A stretch of DNA of 32,000 nt from Ktedonobacterales bacterium (GTDB lineage: Bacteria > Chloroflexota > Ktedonobacteria > Ktedonobacterales > JADMIN01), in contig CP126532.1 in the NCBI GenBank assembly GCA_030167145.1, positions 1,710,001 through 1,742,000 of the forward strand, written 5' to 3'. The notes under the pieces were generated by a model. It ran no database searches. It saw only the letters and a program-made list of their open reading frames with translations, and had not been told where the DNA came from. Each line of letters starts with the position of its first letter. Position 1 is the first letter of the stretch. Position numbers and translations under genes: made by a program. Shown here in pieces: positions 1 to 9,322 of the stretch.

Positions 1-2
1 TG

Positions 3-332
3 GTCGAGCTAGCGCACGTGCTGCTGCGCGCGAGCAACACCTTCACGCTCAGCGGGCAAAGCGAGACGACGAACCCCAGCACACGCCCCCTGGACGCCAT
101 CGAACTGGACGATCTCTACTCCGACATGGCAACCACACCGCTGCCCGCCATGGGCGCGCGCTCTGGCGCACTCACGCCGCTGGGATCCATGGGGTCATCT
201 TCGCGGCCAAGCGAACACCCGTCCTTCCCTCCCGTCAGCGGCGCAGACGCGCCACCGAATGAGGCGTTCGCGCCGCGCCCGACTCGCAAACTGCCACCGC
301 TGGACCTGGCATCCCCGGACGCGCAGGGATAG
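3..332 (+). CDS. 3' end of an unidentified CDS entering from upstream of the window (Pro/Ser/Ala-rich low-complexity tail)
   Basis: Frame 3 is open from the first bases of the window (VELAHVLLRASN...) to TAG at 330-332; the ORF track merely starts it at GTG 18. No recognisable domain, so this is a composition-only call. Confidence 0.3.
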   Translation, partial: VELAHVLLRASNTFTLSGQSETTNPSTRPLDAIELDDLYSDMATTPLPAMGARSGALTPLGSMGSSSRPSEHPSFPPVSGADAPPNEAFAPRPTRKLPPLDLASPDAQG

Positions 333-394
333 CCAGAGTCGCGGGCTAGTACGTGGGAATGTGCCGCGGGACCACAGGCCGTTGCGCCGACAGA

Positions 395-646
395 TTAACT
401 CGCGGCGACGTACGGTGTGGCGGGTGGTGTGTCGCGTTCGGCGGACTCCAACACGGCAACGCCCACAAGGTCGGCGGTGGTCGTGTTGAGGGCGGTGGCA
501 AGGCGACGTACCGCGTAGGTCTGCGGCTCTTCTTTGCCGTGTTCGAGGTGGGTAATGGTATCGCGTCGCAGGCCAGTCAGATCCGCAAGCTGGCTGATGC
601 TCAATCCACTCCGCTGACGCGCCTGACGCAATCCACGCAACTTCAT
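395..646 (-). CDS. XRE/Cro-C1 family helix-turn-helix transcriptional regulator (83 aa)
   Basis: HTH core SGLSISQLADLTGLRRDTITHLEHGKEEPQ. Start moved to ATG 646 because GAGGAGGA lies 6 nt upstream (minus strand TGAGGAGGATCGCG-ATG). The longest ORF (to 823) adds an implausible Arg/Thr-rich N-terminus. Confidence 0.8.
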   Translation of the reverse strand: MKLRGLRQARQRSGLSISQLADLTGLRRDTITHLEHGKEEPQTYAVRRLATALNTTTADLVGVAVLESAERDTPPATPYVAAS

Positions 647-953
647 CGCGATCCTCCTCATCGAGGCTCTAGCACAGGAATCCGGCTCCATTGCCGGCCC
701 ACGTGCATAGCTGGCTCGCCGCCCGCAAGAGCGATACGGCGAAAACATAGCAGACAAAACGACAGTTGCTGTCGTGATGGCCGTGCCAATCGCAGTGTCT
801 CGCCTCCGCCGAAAAAACAGCACGAAACGGAGGAAAGCGTCTTGTTCACTTCATACTAGCAGATGCGCTGGGGCAACGTAAAGGGCAAAAGCGCGGATGC
901 GCAGATTTAGGTTTGCAGAGTACGGATGGCAACCAATGTGTGAACTATACGAA

Positions 954-983
954 CGCAAGGCCCCAATTCAATGGGGCCTTGCG
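954..983 (-). terminator. Hairpin terminator candidate at the end of the ABC transporter operon
   Basis: Perfect 11-bp stem CGCAAGGCCCC / GGGGCCTTGCG with an 8-nt loop, about 40 nt downstream of the last ATPase stop. On the minus strand it is followed by TTCGTATAGTT. Confidence 0.6.
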
Positions 984-1020
984 TATCGCGGAACAGGTGT
1001 GCGCCTGCTTACGTGTGTGC

Positions 1021-2040
1021 TTATGCGCCAGGGAAGTGGCACGCGGCAATCTGGTTGGGACGCTTCTCTTCCAGCGGCGGCGCCACCTCGCGGCAGATGG
1101 CCTGTGCCTTCCAGCAGCGCGGGTGGAATGGGCAGCCAGAGGGCGGATTGACGGGGCTGGGCACGTCGCCGGTGAGGATGATGCGCTTGCGCGTCAATTC
1201 CAGCTCAGGGTCGGGGATGGGGCTAGCGGAGAGCAGCGCAATGGTGTAGGGATGTTGCGGGTTGGCGTACACATCGTCGCCTGATCCCAGTTCGACGATA
1301 TGGCCGAGATACATCACGGCGACACGTTTGCTCACATGCTTGACCGCCGAGAGATTGTGGGCGATGAAGAGATAGGTCAGGTTGAACTGGTCGCGCAGAT
1401 CGGCCAGCAGGTTGAGCACCTGCGCCTGAATCGAGACATCCAGCGCCGAGATTGGTTCGTCGGCGACGATGAACTTCGGGTTCAGCGCCAGCGCCCGCGC
1501 GATACCGATGCGCTGGCGCTGACCGCCGCTGAATTCGTGGGGATAGCGATGCACCCAGGCGGGATTCAAGCCCACGACTTGCAGCAGCTCCTTGACACGC
1601 GCTTCGCGCTCTTGCGAGGTGCCGCGGCCAAAGTTCACCATCGGCTCCGAGATGATCCGGCCAACCGTGAAGCGCGGGTCGAGCGAGCTAAACGGATCCT
1701 GGAAGATCATCTGCATGTCAGCGCGCATTCGGCGCAGTGTGCCATAGGAGGTGCGCGTCAGGTCCGTTCCCTCGAAGATGACCGACCCATCGGTTGGCTT
1801 GACCAATTGCAGCACGGCCCGCCCCAGTGTGGACTTGCCGCAGCCGCTCTCGCCGACCAGTCCGAGCGTTTCGCCGCGCTTGATCGTGAGATCAACGCCG
1901 TCCACCGCCTTGACGGAGGCGACAGTGCGCCCAAGCAACCCACCCCGAATAGGGAAGTGTACCTTCAGATTACGCACATCCACCAAGGTGTCGCTTGCAA
2001 CCTCAGCAGATGGGTACGGCTGAGCTATTTCCGCCGCCAT
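1021..2040 (-). CDS. Peptide/nickel ABC transporter ATP-binding protein (OppF/DppF-like)
   Basis: Walker [10 protein letters not shown], signature FSGGQRQR, Walker B FIVADEP, C-terminal oligopeptide-transporter extension with CPFHPRC. GAGGGAGAAG precedes ATG 2040. Confidence 0.95.
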   Translation of the reverse strand: MAAEIAQPYPSAEVASDTLVDVRNLKVHFPIRGGLLGRTVASVKAVDGVDLTIKRGETLGLVGESGCGKSTLGRAVLQLVKPTDGSVIFEGTDLTRTSYGTLRRMRADMQMIFQDPFSSLDPRFTVGRIISEPMVNFGRGTSQEREARVKELLQVVGLNPAWVHRYPHEFSGGQRQRIGIARALALNPKFIVADEPISALDVSIQAQVLNLLADLRDQFNLTYLFIAHNLSAVKHVSKRVAVMYLGHIVELGSGDDVYANPQHPYTIALLSASPIPDPELELTRKRIILTGDVPSPVNPPSGCPFHPRCWKAQAICREVAPPLEEKRPNQIAACHFPGA

Positions 2041-2117
2041 ATGTTCTTCTCCCTCAACGATTCAGCTTGAACAAGCAGGGCCTCAGCGCCGCGCGTAGCA
2101 GCGCTAATGTAGCAGCG

Positions 2118-3086
2118 CTAATATGGATAGAAGCACGCCGCCATCTGGCCCGCGCCTTTGGTTTCGAGTGGCGGCAATTCCTGGCGGCATCGCGCTTGCG
2201 CTTTGACACAGCGCGGCGCGAAGGGGCAGCCTGCCGGTAGGTTGATCAGGCTGGGGGGTTGCCCGCTAATCGCATGGAGACGTGATCCTGGAGGTTCGTC
2301 GGGGCGTGGAATAGCCTGGAGCAATGCCTGAGTGTAGGGGTGCGCGGGTTTCTTGAAGAGCGTGTGTGTCGGCGCGCTCTCGACGACACGCCCAGCGTAC
2401 ATGACGACGACACGGTCGCAGGTGCCAGCGACGACGCCCAGATCGTGCGTAATGAGCAGCGTGGCGGTGCGGAACTCTTTGGACAAGCCCTTGATGAGTT
2501 CGAGTACCTGCGCCTGAATCGTCACATCCAGGGCGGTGGTTGGCTCGTCGGCGATGAGGAGCTGCGGATTGCAGGAGAGTGCGATGGCGATCATCACGCG
2601 CTGACGCATACCGCCGCTGAATTCATGGGGATAATGATTGAGTCTGCGTCGCGCTTCGGGGATGCGCACCCGTTCGAGCATCTCGGCGGCGCGGTTCATT
2701 GCCGCTTTGTCATCGAGCTTCAGGTGCGTTTTCACAGCTTCAGCGATTTGGAAGCCGACGGTCAGCACGGGGTTCAATGAGGTCATGGGATCCTGGAAGA
2801 TCATGGCGATCTTCCCACCCCGTATCTGAAGCAGCCGATCTTCGTCCATCTCGGCGATATCTTCGCCCTTGAAGAGGATCTTCCCGCCGACGATTTTTCC
2901 TGGCTTATCAATCAGCCGCATGATGGAGAGCGATGTGACGCTCTTGCCGCTGCCGCTCTCGCCGACGACGCCAAGCGTTTCACCTTCTTCGAGATAAAAC
3001 GATACATCCTCCACCGCTTTCACCACGCCTGTACGGGTGAAGAAGTGCGTGCGAAGGTTCTGCACTTCCAGCAACTTTTCCGTCAT
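2118..3086 (-). CDS. Peptide/nickel ABC transporter ATP-binding protein (OppD/DppD-like)
   Basis: Walker A GESGSGKS, signature FSGGMRQR, Walker B LIADEPTTALD, C-terminal CPFAPRC motif. AGAGG precedes ATG 3086. Confidence 0.95.
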   Translation of the reverse strand: MTEKLLEVQNLRTHFFTRTGVVKAVEDVSFYLEEGETLGVVGESGSGKSVTSLSIMRLIDKPGKIVGGKILFKGEDIAEMDEDRLLQIRGGKIAMIFQDPMTSLNPVLTVGFQIAEAVKTHLKLDDKAAMNRAAEMLERVRIPEARRRLNHYPHEFSGGMRQRVMIAIALSCNPQLLIADEPTTALDVTIQAQVLELIKGLSKEFRTATLLITHDLGVVAGTCDRVVVMYAGRVVESAPTHTLFKKPAHPYTQALLQAIPRPDEPPGSRLHAISGQPPSLINLPAGCPFAPRCVKAQARCRQELPPLETKGAGQMAACFYPY

Positions 3087-3244
3087 GCCTGCCTCTACTC
3101 TACGATGGTATTCGATTGGGGACAGTAATCAATTGCATATCTCGCGCTTCCGGCACATGGCCGCCAGGTGATGGCTGCCAGTAGCGCGCCGGATGCCATC
3201 GCGGCGCGAAGCGGGTGAGGCTTCGCGCCGCTTGGCGCACGTGG

Positions 3245-4294
3245 TTAGTCTTTGGTGCGCGGATCAAAGGCGTCGCGCACGCCATCGCCCACGAACGAGA
3301 AGCACACAATCAGGACCACCAGGACGAACGCCGGCCAGAAGAGTTCGGTCCATTGCCCATAAATAGACTCAAGGGAATCCGAGATCATCAGGCCCAGGCT
3401 CGATCCTGGCGGACGGATACCAACACCCAATACGCTCAACGCTGCCTCACCGACAATCGAACCCAGAATGCTGAGTGTCGAAGCGACGACGACGATGTTC
3501 AAGAGGTTGGGAATGATGTGCTGGGTGATCGCTTTGCCATCTGGCGTGCCGGAGACGCGCGAGGCTTCGACGAATTGCTGCTCTTTCAGGTTGAGTGTCT
3601 GGCCGCGTACAAAGCGCATCATGAGCGGCCAGGCGAGCAGGCCAATGGCGAGCGTCAACATGACAATGCGTCCGAGGATGGGGTTGATGCTCTTGAAGAT
3701 GTTGTCGAAGATCGGGCCGAGGGCAGCGCCCATGAGGATGATGAGCAGCAAGCCGGGGAAGGCGAAGACGATGTCGGTGAAACGGTCGAGCACGGTGCCG
3801 AGCCAGCCACCATACCAGCCGGCAAGTGTGCCGAAGAGCACGCCGAGGCCAATATCGAAGACTTCGACGAAGAGCGCCACCTCGATGGAGACATTGATAC
3901 CGGCCATGAGACGCGCCAGCATATCACGTCCGATGGGGTCGCCGCCGAGTGGATAGGTCAAGCTGTTTGGGCCGAGCGGGAACAGTGTGCCAGGCTTATC
4001 CGAGGCCGCCAGGTTCGAGTACGAGAACTGATGATACAGTTCTGGGGGAATCAGCTTGCCGGAGATACCGTCAAGCACTTTTGGCCCCATGTGGACATAG
4101 AGCAGTGGGAAAAGGAAGCTGAAGATCACCAGAAAGAGGATGATCCCCAGGCACACCACCGCACGACGATCACGCAAGAAGCGCCGAACCGCCGCGCGCA
4201 TAGGCGAGATGGAAGGCTGTTCTTTGGCGTCGTAGACTTCAATTTGTTCGGGAGATGAGGCGCCGACAATTGACGGCTGCTCTATCGTATCCAT
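3245..4294 (-). CDS. ABC transporter permease (OppC/DppC-like)
   Basis: Polytopic protein with the binding-protein-dependent permease EAA-type loop FVEASRVSGTPDGKAITQHIIPN. Start set at ATG 4294 (MDTIEQPS...), preceded by AGGAGGCCAGGAAACT; the track start at 4333 is a GTG without an SD. Confidence 0.9.
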   Translation of the reverse strand: MDTIEQPSIVGASSPEQIEVYDAKEQPSISPMRAAVRRFLRDRRAVVCLGIILFLVIFSFLFPLLYVHMGPKVLDGISGKLIPPELYHQFSYSNLAASDKPGTLFPLGPNSLTYPLGGDPIGRDMLARLMAGINVSIEVALFVEVFDIGLGVLFGTLAGWYGGWLGTVLDRFTDIVFAFPGLLLIILMGAALGPIFDNIFKSINPILGRIVMLTLAIGLLAWPLMMRFVRGQTLNLKEQQFVEASRVSGTPDGKAITQHIIPNLLNIVVVASTLSILGSIVGEAALSVLGVGIRPPGSSLGLMISDSLESIYGQWTELFWPAFVLVVLIVCFSFVGDGVRDAFDPRTKD

Positions 4295-4369
4295 AGTTTC
4301 CTGGCCTCCTGCGCCAGCACAGCGCGAAATCACGCCGTGTACACCAAGTAGAAGTGTATGCTTCTCGCC

Positions 4370-5389
4370 CTACGACACTTTGATACGTGGGTCCAAAATG
4401 CCATAGACCATGTCCACGACGAGATTCATCACCGCGACCGCGACAGCGACGATGATGACAGTGCCCTGGACCACTGGCATATCTTTGTTGCCGATGGAGG
4501 CAACCGACTGGAAGCCAATGCCGGGAATATTGAAGAAAAGTTCCGTAAAGAACGCGCCCGTGACGACGAAGGCAATCGCGGGACCAATTGCCGTTACCAG
4601 CGGCACGAGTGCGTTGCGGAATGCGTGGCGGAAAACCACCAGGCGCCTGCTCAAGCCTTTGGCGCGTGCGGTGCGAACGTAATCCTGGTTCAGCACATCG
4701 AGCATAGTAGTACGCATGAGGCGCGCATAGAAGCCTAATTCAACGATGGTCAGAATCGCGACCGGAGCGACGATCTCGATGGGACTGTCACCCCAGCCAG
4801 AGATGGGCAAGTGCGGAAGGCCATGCTGCGAGAGTTGGACGGTGATGATTTGATAGATGGGGATCGAGACGAAGGTGGGAATGGAGAAGAGCACCAGCGC
4901 GACGGTCATGCTGGCGGTATCGAATTTGGTGCCCGCGCGCACAGCGGCAAAAATGCCAATCGGCACACCAATCAGCAGCGCAAACACGAGCGCCGACAAG
5001 CCGATTTGCGCGGAAATCGGCACGCCTGTGCCCAGAATGCTCCAGACCGTTCTGCCACGCTGGGTGAAGGAGAAACCTAAGTCGAAGTGTACTAGACCAT
5101 TGAGGAAAGTCGCGTACTGCTCATACCAGGGTAAGTCGAGATGATAGATGTGATAGAGAAGCTTGAGCTGCGACGGGGTGCATTTGGCGCCGCAGAGATT
5201 CTGCACTGGGCTACCGGGGGTAACGTAACCAAGGATGAAGGTGATAAACGTGACGCCGAAGAGGACGAAGACCAGACCGGCCAACCGCTTAATCAGGAAC
5301 CGCGGACCAATACGGATGCCTGAATAAATCACAAGGGCGATGACGGCCAGCAACACGAGCAGGACCGGAAGGTTTGAAAGCAAACCCAT
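4370..5389 (-). CDS. ABC transporter permease (OppB/DppB-like)
   Basis: Polytopic; EAA-type loop YVRTARAKGLSRRLVVFRHAFRNA. Start set at ATG 5389 (MGLLSNLPVLL...), preceded by GGAGGTGTCTT. The 49 extra residues of the longest ORF are not membrane-protein-like. Confidence 0.9.
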   Translation of the reverse strand: MGLLSNLPVLLVLLAVIALVIYSGIRIGPRFLIKRLAGLVFVLFGVTFITFILGYVTPGSPVQNLCGAKCTPSQLKLLYHIYHLDLPWYEQYATFLNGLVHFDLGFSFTQRGRTVWSILGTGVPISAQIGLSALVFALLIGVPIGIFAAVRAGTKFDTASMTVALVLFSIPTFVSIPIYQIITVQLSQHGLPHLPISGWGDSPIEIVAPVAILTIVELGFYARLMRTTMLDVLNQDYVRTARAKGLSRRLVVFRHAFRNALVPLVTAIGPAIAFVVTGAFFTELFFNIPGIGFQSVASIGNKDMPVVQGTVIIVAVAVAVMNLVVDMVYGILDPRIKVS

Positions 5390-5628
5390 AAGACACCTCC
5401 ACGCGCGAGTAGGGCGCTCGACCAGATAGCCATGAGAATGGCTGTCACCCTGCGGAAACGACTGTTGAAAGGGCGTTTCCGGGTTGCCAACTCCTGGGAA
5501 ACTCGTAACGAACCCAAGCACATCACAGGCCGTCATGTGCTCGCGGCATGCGCAATCGGCACGTCATATTCACGCCGCGATGTGCCGCGCTACGCCGTAA
5601 TCATCCTCCAAGAAAATGAACGGCGCTG

Positions 5629-5656
5629 GTGAGCCATAGTGAGCCATAGTGAGCCA
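5629..5656. repeat. Tandem 10-bp repeat GTGAGCCATA, about 2.8 copies
   Basis: Read directly: gtgagccata gtgagccata gtgagcca. It lies in the non-coding spacer between the SBP and permease genes. Confidence 0.9.
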
Positions 5657-5695
5657 GTGGCAGCGCTACGAGCATGTGATGCGTGCTCTAGCCGC

Positions 5696-5724
5696 ACAAT
5701 AGGACAAAGACCCTACAGTGTCAA
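5696..5724 (-). promoter_or_regulatory. Sigma-70-type promoter candidate internal to the ABC cluster (TTGACA-17-TATTGT)
   Basis: The minus strand reads TTGACA CTGTAGGGTCTTTGTCC TATTGT. It sits about 300 nt upstream of the first permease start. Confidence 0.45.
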
Positions 5725-5769
5725 GAATATCACGCATTTTCCTGGCTCGTGCCAGGCTCTCGTATATGA

Positions 5770-5818
5770 CGCACGAGCACGAACGATTCTTACACAGAGA
5801 TGCGCTCATGCTCGTGCG
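5770..5818 (-). terminator. Long hairpin downstream of the SBP gene (terminator or mRNA-stabiliser candidate)
   Basis: Perfect 10-bp stem CGCACGAGCA / TGCTCGTGCG with a 29-nt loop, located between the SBP stop and the internal promoter candidate. No U-tract. Confidence 0.35.
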
Positions 5819-5967
5819 CCAGGAATAGGCATTCGATGGCGGTCTATCGTGCCGGCGAACCGATGCGACAGACCGCCACTGCGCGCTCGTGAGAACCAGT
5901 GCGTGAAGATCACGAGACGCGCTGGATACCTACACTACGGTAAGTCCGTAGCGATAACTAGTATGAA

Positions 5968-7722
5968 CTAGTGCTGCTGAATGTAGACGTTCGGCCACTC
6001 CGTCGTCGGCTCGCTGCCCTGGGCGTCCTGCTGGTAGCCCTTGACATACGTGCGGAGGCGGTAGTAGTTCGCGCCCTGGGTCAACGGGCAGATCGCCACG
6101 TTGTTGACCAGCAACTGCTCGGCCTGGTTGTAGAGCTGCATGCGCTGATCTTGCTTGGCCGGATCAGAGATCTGGTCGGCCTGCGCCATCAACTGGTCCG
6201 CCGCCGGCAGGCTGGCGTTCTGGTCGTTGTAGCTCGACGTCGTCGAGTAGAGCAGCGTCAGGAAGTCCTGCGGATCGGGGTAGTCGGCGATCCAGCCAGA
6301 GCGGTAGAGTTGCAGTTTCTTCTGCTGCTCAGCCGCCAGCTGCGTCGCCCAGTCGCGGCTGTCGGAAACGACATTCGCACCCGGCAGGTTCTGGTTCCAG
6401 CCCGAGATCAAGGCCTCAGCGTAGAGCTTGGAAGCCGCGCTGGAGACGTTGTACGAGTAGGCAATCGGAGCGGCCTTGCCGCCCACCGTCGCCAGATAGG
6501 CGCTCCAGTGGGACTGCGCCTTGGCGATGTCACCCGTGGTGGCCGTCAGGCCATCGGGGCCGGTCAGGTTCGGGTTGTAGCCCGGCATGCCCTTCGGCAC
6601 CAGGTGCCAGCTCGGCGTGTTCGCACCCTTCGAGACGGTGGTGTTCAAGAGGTCACGGTTGATGACTTCGCAGAACGCCAGGCGCGCGTCGAGGTTGTCG
6701 AACGGCTTGATGTTCCAGTTCATCGCCACCATGTTGACCAACAGATACGGCGCGGTGACGTAGTCGGGCAGGCTCTTGGCCGCCGCGAGCTGTGCCGCCG
6801 GGATGCCGTCGGAGTAGTCATAGGTGGTGCCAGAGTTGTAGGTGTTGTACATCGTGTCGCCATCGGCGAAGATCTTGAAGTCCACCTCGGTGAGGTAGGG
6901 CTTATGACCAGCCGAGACGCCCCACCAGTTGGGGTTGGCGGCCAGCTTCAGGTTGCCCTGGTGGTCCCACGTCTTGATGTAGAACATGCCGCTGCCGCCC
7001 TGGCCAGTCGCCTTGCCAGAGGTGTCAGCCGCGAGGTTGTTGGTCCACTTGTCGTCCTGGCCGAGGTTCGCGCCAGTGACCGCGCTCTGCTCCAGCGCAT
7101 ACGACGTGGAGTAGGTCATGGCCTGGAGGAAGTAACCGGCAGGCGCCGCAAGGGTGATGGTCAGCGTGCCCGCGCCATCATCAACCACCAACGAGTCACC
7201 GATCAGCGTCTGAACGGCGCCAGTGATCGTGCCATTGGTGCAGGTCTCGGTCGCGAAGGTCTGCGCATCCTTAATCGCCCAGAGGTAGTAGTTCACTGGG
7301 GACTGGAGGCAGGGGTTGTCCGAGCGGTTGATGGCATAGGCGTAGTCCGAGGCCTTCACCGGCGTGCCATCGGAGAACTTCTGGCCGGGGCGGATGTGGA
7401 AGGTGTAGGTCAGACCATCCGTGCTGGTCGTCACCTTGTCCGCGCCCCAGTCGGCCACTTTGAGGTTCTTGTCGAGAACCACGAGGCCGTCAAAGAGCAT
7501 GTTGACGATCGGAATCGAGCCGCTGTCAGCAGCCTGGCCCGGGTCAACCGTGACGATGTCGGTGCTGCCGCCACCTGCCCAGGTCATGTTCAGAACTTGG
7601 CTTTTCGCCAGGTTCTTGCTGGCAGAATTGCTGGTGCTGCCGCAAGCGGATACCAGCAAGGCAAACGTGCCCAACAGGACGATGAGTCCTGGGAGCGAGA
7701 GTTTGCGAAGTCCCAGTCGCAT
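5968..7722 (-). CDS. ABC transporter substrate-binding lipoprotein, family 5 (peptide/nickel, OppA/DppA-like)
   Basis: Signal peptide plus lipobox MRLGLRKLSLPGLIVLLGTFALLVSAC; size and overall sequence are typical of SBP family 5, and it is adjacent to cognate permeases and ATPases. Start at ATG 7722, preceded by AGGAGAG. Confidence 0.92.
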   Translation of the reverse strand: MRLGLRKLSLPGLIVLLGTFALLVSACGSTSNSASKNLAKSQVLNMTWAGGGSTDIVTVDPGQAADSGSIPIVNMLFDGLVVLDKNLKVADWGADKVTTSTDGLTYTFHIRPGQKFSDGTPVKASDYAYAINRSDNPCLQSPVNYYLWAIKDAQTFATETCTNGTITGAVQTLIGDSLVVDDGAGTLTITLAAPAGYFLQAMTYSTSYALEQSAVTGANLGQDDKWTNNLAADTSGKATGQGGSGMFYIKTWDHQGNLKLAANPNWWGVSAGHKPYLTEVDFKIFADGDTMYNTYNSGTTYDYSDGIPAAQLAAAKSLPDYVTAPYLLVNMVAMNWNIKPFDNLDARLAFCEVINRDLLNTTVSKGANTPSWHLVPKGMPGYNPNLTGPDGLTATTGDIAKAQSHWSAYLATVGGKAAPIAYSYNVSSAASKLYAEALISGWNQNLPGANVVSDSRDWATQLAAEQQKKLQLYRSGWIADYPDPQDFLTLLYSTTSSYNDQNASLPAADQLMAQADQISDPAKQDQRMQLYNQAEQLLVNNVAICPLTQGANYYRLRTYVKGYQQDAQGSEPTTEWPNVYIQQH

Positions 7723-8020
7723 GCAATCTCTCCTACGATGAATGGACGAAAACCGCGCAACCATCGTTCAACCAGGACAATCCCGGTCGCCGCGATGCTG
7801 CGTTTCCATCAGGCTCACCCAGCCACATGACTGACGAACGCACTGTCTCTCTCGCCGTGGGGAGAAAGAGATCGCCACCAAAACCTCACCGGTTTCCCGC
7901 CATCACTTTCACTCAGGCGTCGTGGCTTGCTAGCCTCATGGAAAAATACCACTCGTTGAGGGATAGTACACTGGCCAGCGCCACTGCCCATCCCGCCGGT
8001 CCCAGCCGTTTGCCGGATCA

Positions 8021-8053
8021 CCGGCGCGGCAGCGAGTCGCGCCGCCGCGCCGG
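8021..8053 (-). terminator. GC-rich hairpin downstream of the sigma/anti-sigma pair (terminator candidate)
   Basis: Perfect 10-bp stem CCGGCGCGGC / GCCGCGCCGG with a 13-nt loop, about 110 nt after the anti-sigma stop. No U-tract. Confidence 0.4.
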
Positions 8054-8164
8054 TAGCCCAGCTTACATCTGGGACGAATCACTGCCCAGAGTAGACCCTC
8101 CTCCCTTTTCAGAAACATGCGCATGCATGGTTGCACGCCGTGGAGTGTGACCGTTGAGTATTGC

Positions 8165-9322
8165 TCATTGCCCCGATGCCTGGAAAGCTCCTGTGCCACT
8201 TCCGGATGCCGCGCCATTCGGCACAACCCAATACAACTCCCATCCCTGTGGCAACTTGAGCGAGGTTTCGAGACTATTACCCGCGAGCCGTAGCGCGGTT
8301 GCGCTGGGTGTCAGTTGCGACGGAGTGGTTGGCGAAAGCGATTCGGCCAGGCGAACGAGTTCATTTTGACCGATCCCGGACCGCTGATCTCCAACCATCC
8401 AGAAGACAACATCATTCTGCTGGAAGATCAGCATGCTGCGCGTCCCTGGCTCCCAGCTATACGGCGCCATACCATCAAAGGAGGAAGTCATTGCGGGGCG
8501 GCGCAAACCTCGTGGCACCCATGTCCCATCTACATAGACCGCCTGAGTGGAGCCGAACTGTACTGGCGTCGTGGAGCCTGTCTGCACCACCTGATAGACC
8601 GCCGCGCAACTCGCGTTCACGCGGAATTCCCGAATATCCACAACGCCCGTGCCTCCGGTATGGTTCGCCAGTTGATACTGCATTTCAACGATGGGGCCAT
8701 TGGACCACGAGGTTGGTACGTCCAGTTGCACGCCACGATAGGTATAGTCTCCGAAGCTACGGCCAAGCCAGGAGAGTTGCATCGCTGGGTCAAACGTGAG
8801 CAGATCCTGGGTGTGTTGGTGCTTCGGTGTACCTGACGATGCAATATGGGTTGGGTAACTCTGCACCTGTATCACGCCCGTGCGTCCGAGCAGAATCCGC
8901 ATGCCAGCGGCAAATGATGGGCTTGCCACCAGCACCGTGAGTACCATGAAAGCCAGGGCAGCCGCGAAGCTGGTCGTGACTCTGCGGTTCATGTGCGCGA
9001 GCCTGCTCTTGGCGGCCGGCCACAAGTGGCCGAGACGCTGTGGCTCAGTTGCGAGGGGAAGGAGCGTGCGGCGCAGGCGTAGACGCCGGAAGACCTTATA
9101 GATCAGCTTCAGCTCGAACCATTTCTCGGCGATGGCGTGGCGCTCATGTTCCAGCAGCGTCTGCGCGTAGTAGGGGGGCAACTCTTCCTGCTCCGGCGAG
9201 AACAACTCTCGCAGGTCGTTGGCAAATGCTGCGTCTTCCTCGGAAAAGTCGCTGGGGAACGAAAACGAATCCTCAGCGTCCGTCCAAGCGCTACTAGCTT
9301 CGAAGCGCTCGAACTCGCTCAT
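8165..9322 (-). CDS. Single-pass membrane protein, candidate anti-sigma factor for the upstream ECF sigma
   Basis: ATG 9322 (preceded by AGGAGAAG) overlaps the sigma gene 3' end by 29 nt. About 115-aa acidic Cys-free cytoplasmic N-terminus, one TM (TTSFAAALAFMVLTVLVASPSFAAG), and an extracytoplasmic domain of about 240 aa. The C-terminus LIFQQNDVVFWMVGDQRSGIGQNELVRLAESL resembles the DUF4367-type domain of many anti-sigma factors (recognised from memory, not searched). Confidence 0.65.
   Translation of the reverse strand: MSEFERFEASSAWTDAEDSFSFPSDFSEEDAAFANDLRELFSPEQEELPPYYAQTLLEHERHAIAEKWFELKLIYKVFRRLRLRRTLLPLATEPQRLGHLWPAAKSRLAHMNRRVTTSFAAALAFMVLTVLVASPSFAAGMRILLGRTGVIQVQSYPTHIASSGTPKHQHTQDLLTFDPAMQLSWLGRSFGDYTYRGVQLDVPTSWSNGPIVEMQYQLANHTGGTGVVDIREFRVNASCAAVYQVVQTGSTTPVQFGSTQAVYVDGTWVPRGLRRPAMTSSFDGMAPYSWEPGTRSMLIFQQNDVVFWMVGDQRSGIGQNELVRLAESLSPTTPSQLTPSATALRLAGNSLETSLKLPQGWELYWVVPNGAASGSGTGAFQASGQ

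Noticed and set aside
3215-4258. 347-aa plus-strand ORF
   Set aside because: Antisense to the OppC/DppC-like permease. Charged, His/Asp/Glu-rich composition and no SD.
5639-5971. 110-aa plus-strand ORF in the SBP-permease spacer
   Set aside because: GTG start inside the tandem repeat, no SD, Arg/Cys-rich composition, and it lies in the less GC-rich spacer. Treated as non-coding.
5971-7830. 619-aa plus-strand ORF
   Set aside because: Exactly antisense to the well-supported SBP gene. Arg/Val/Gly-rich with no motifs. A typical shadow ORF of a high-GC gene.
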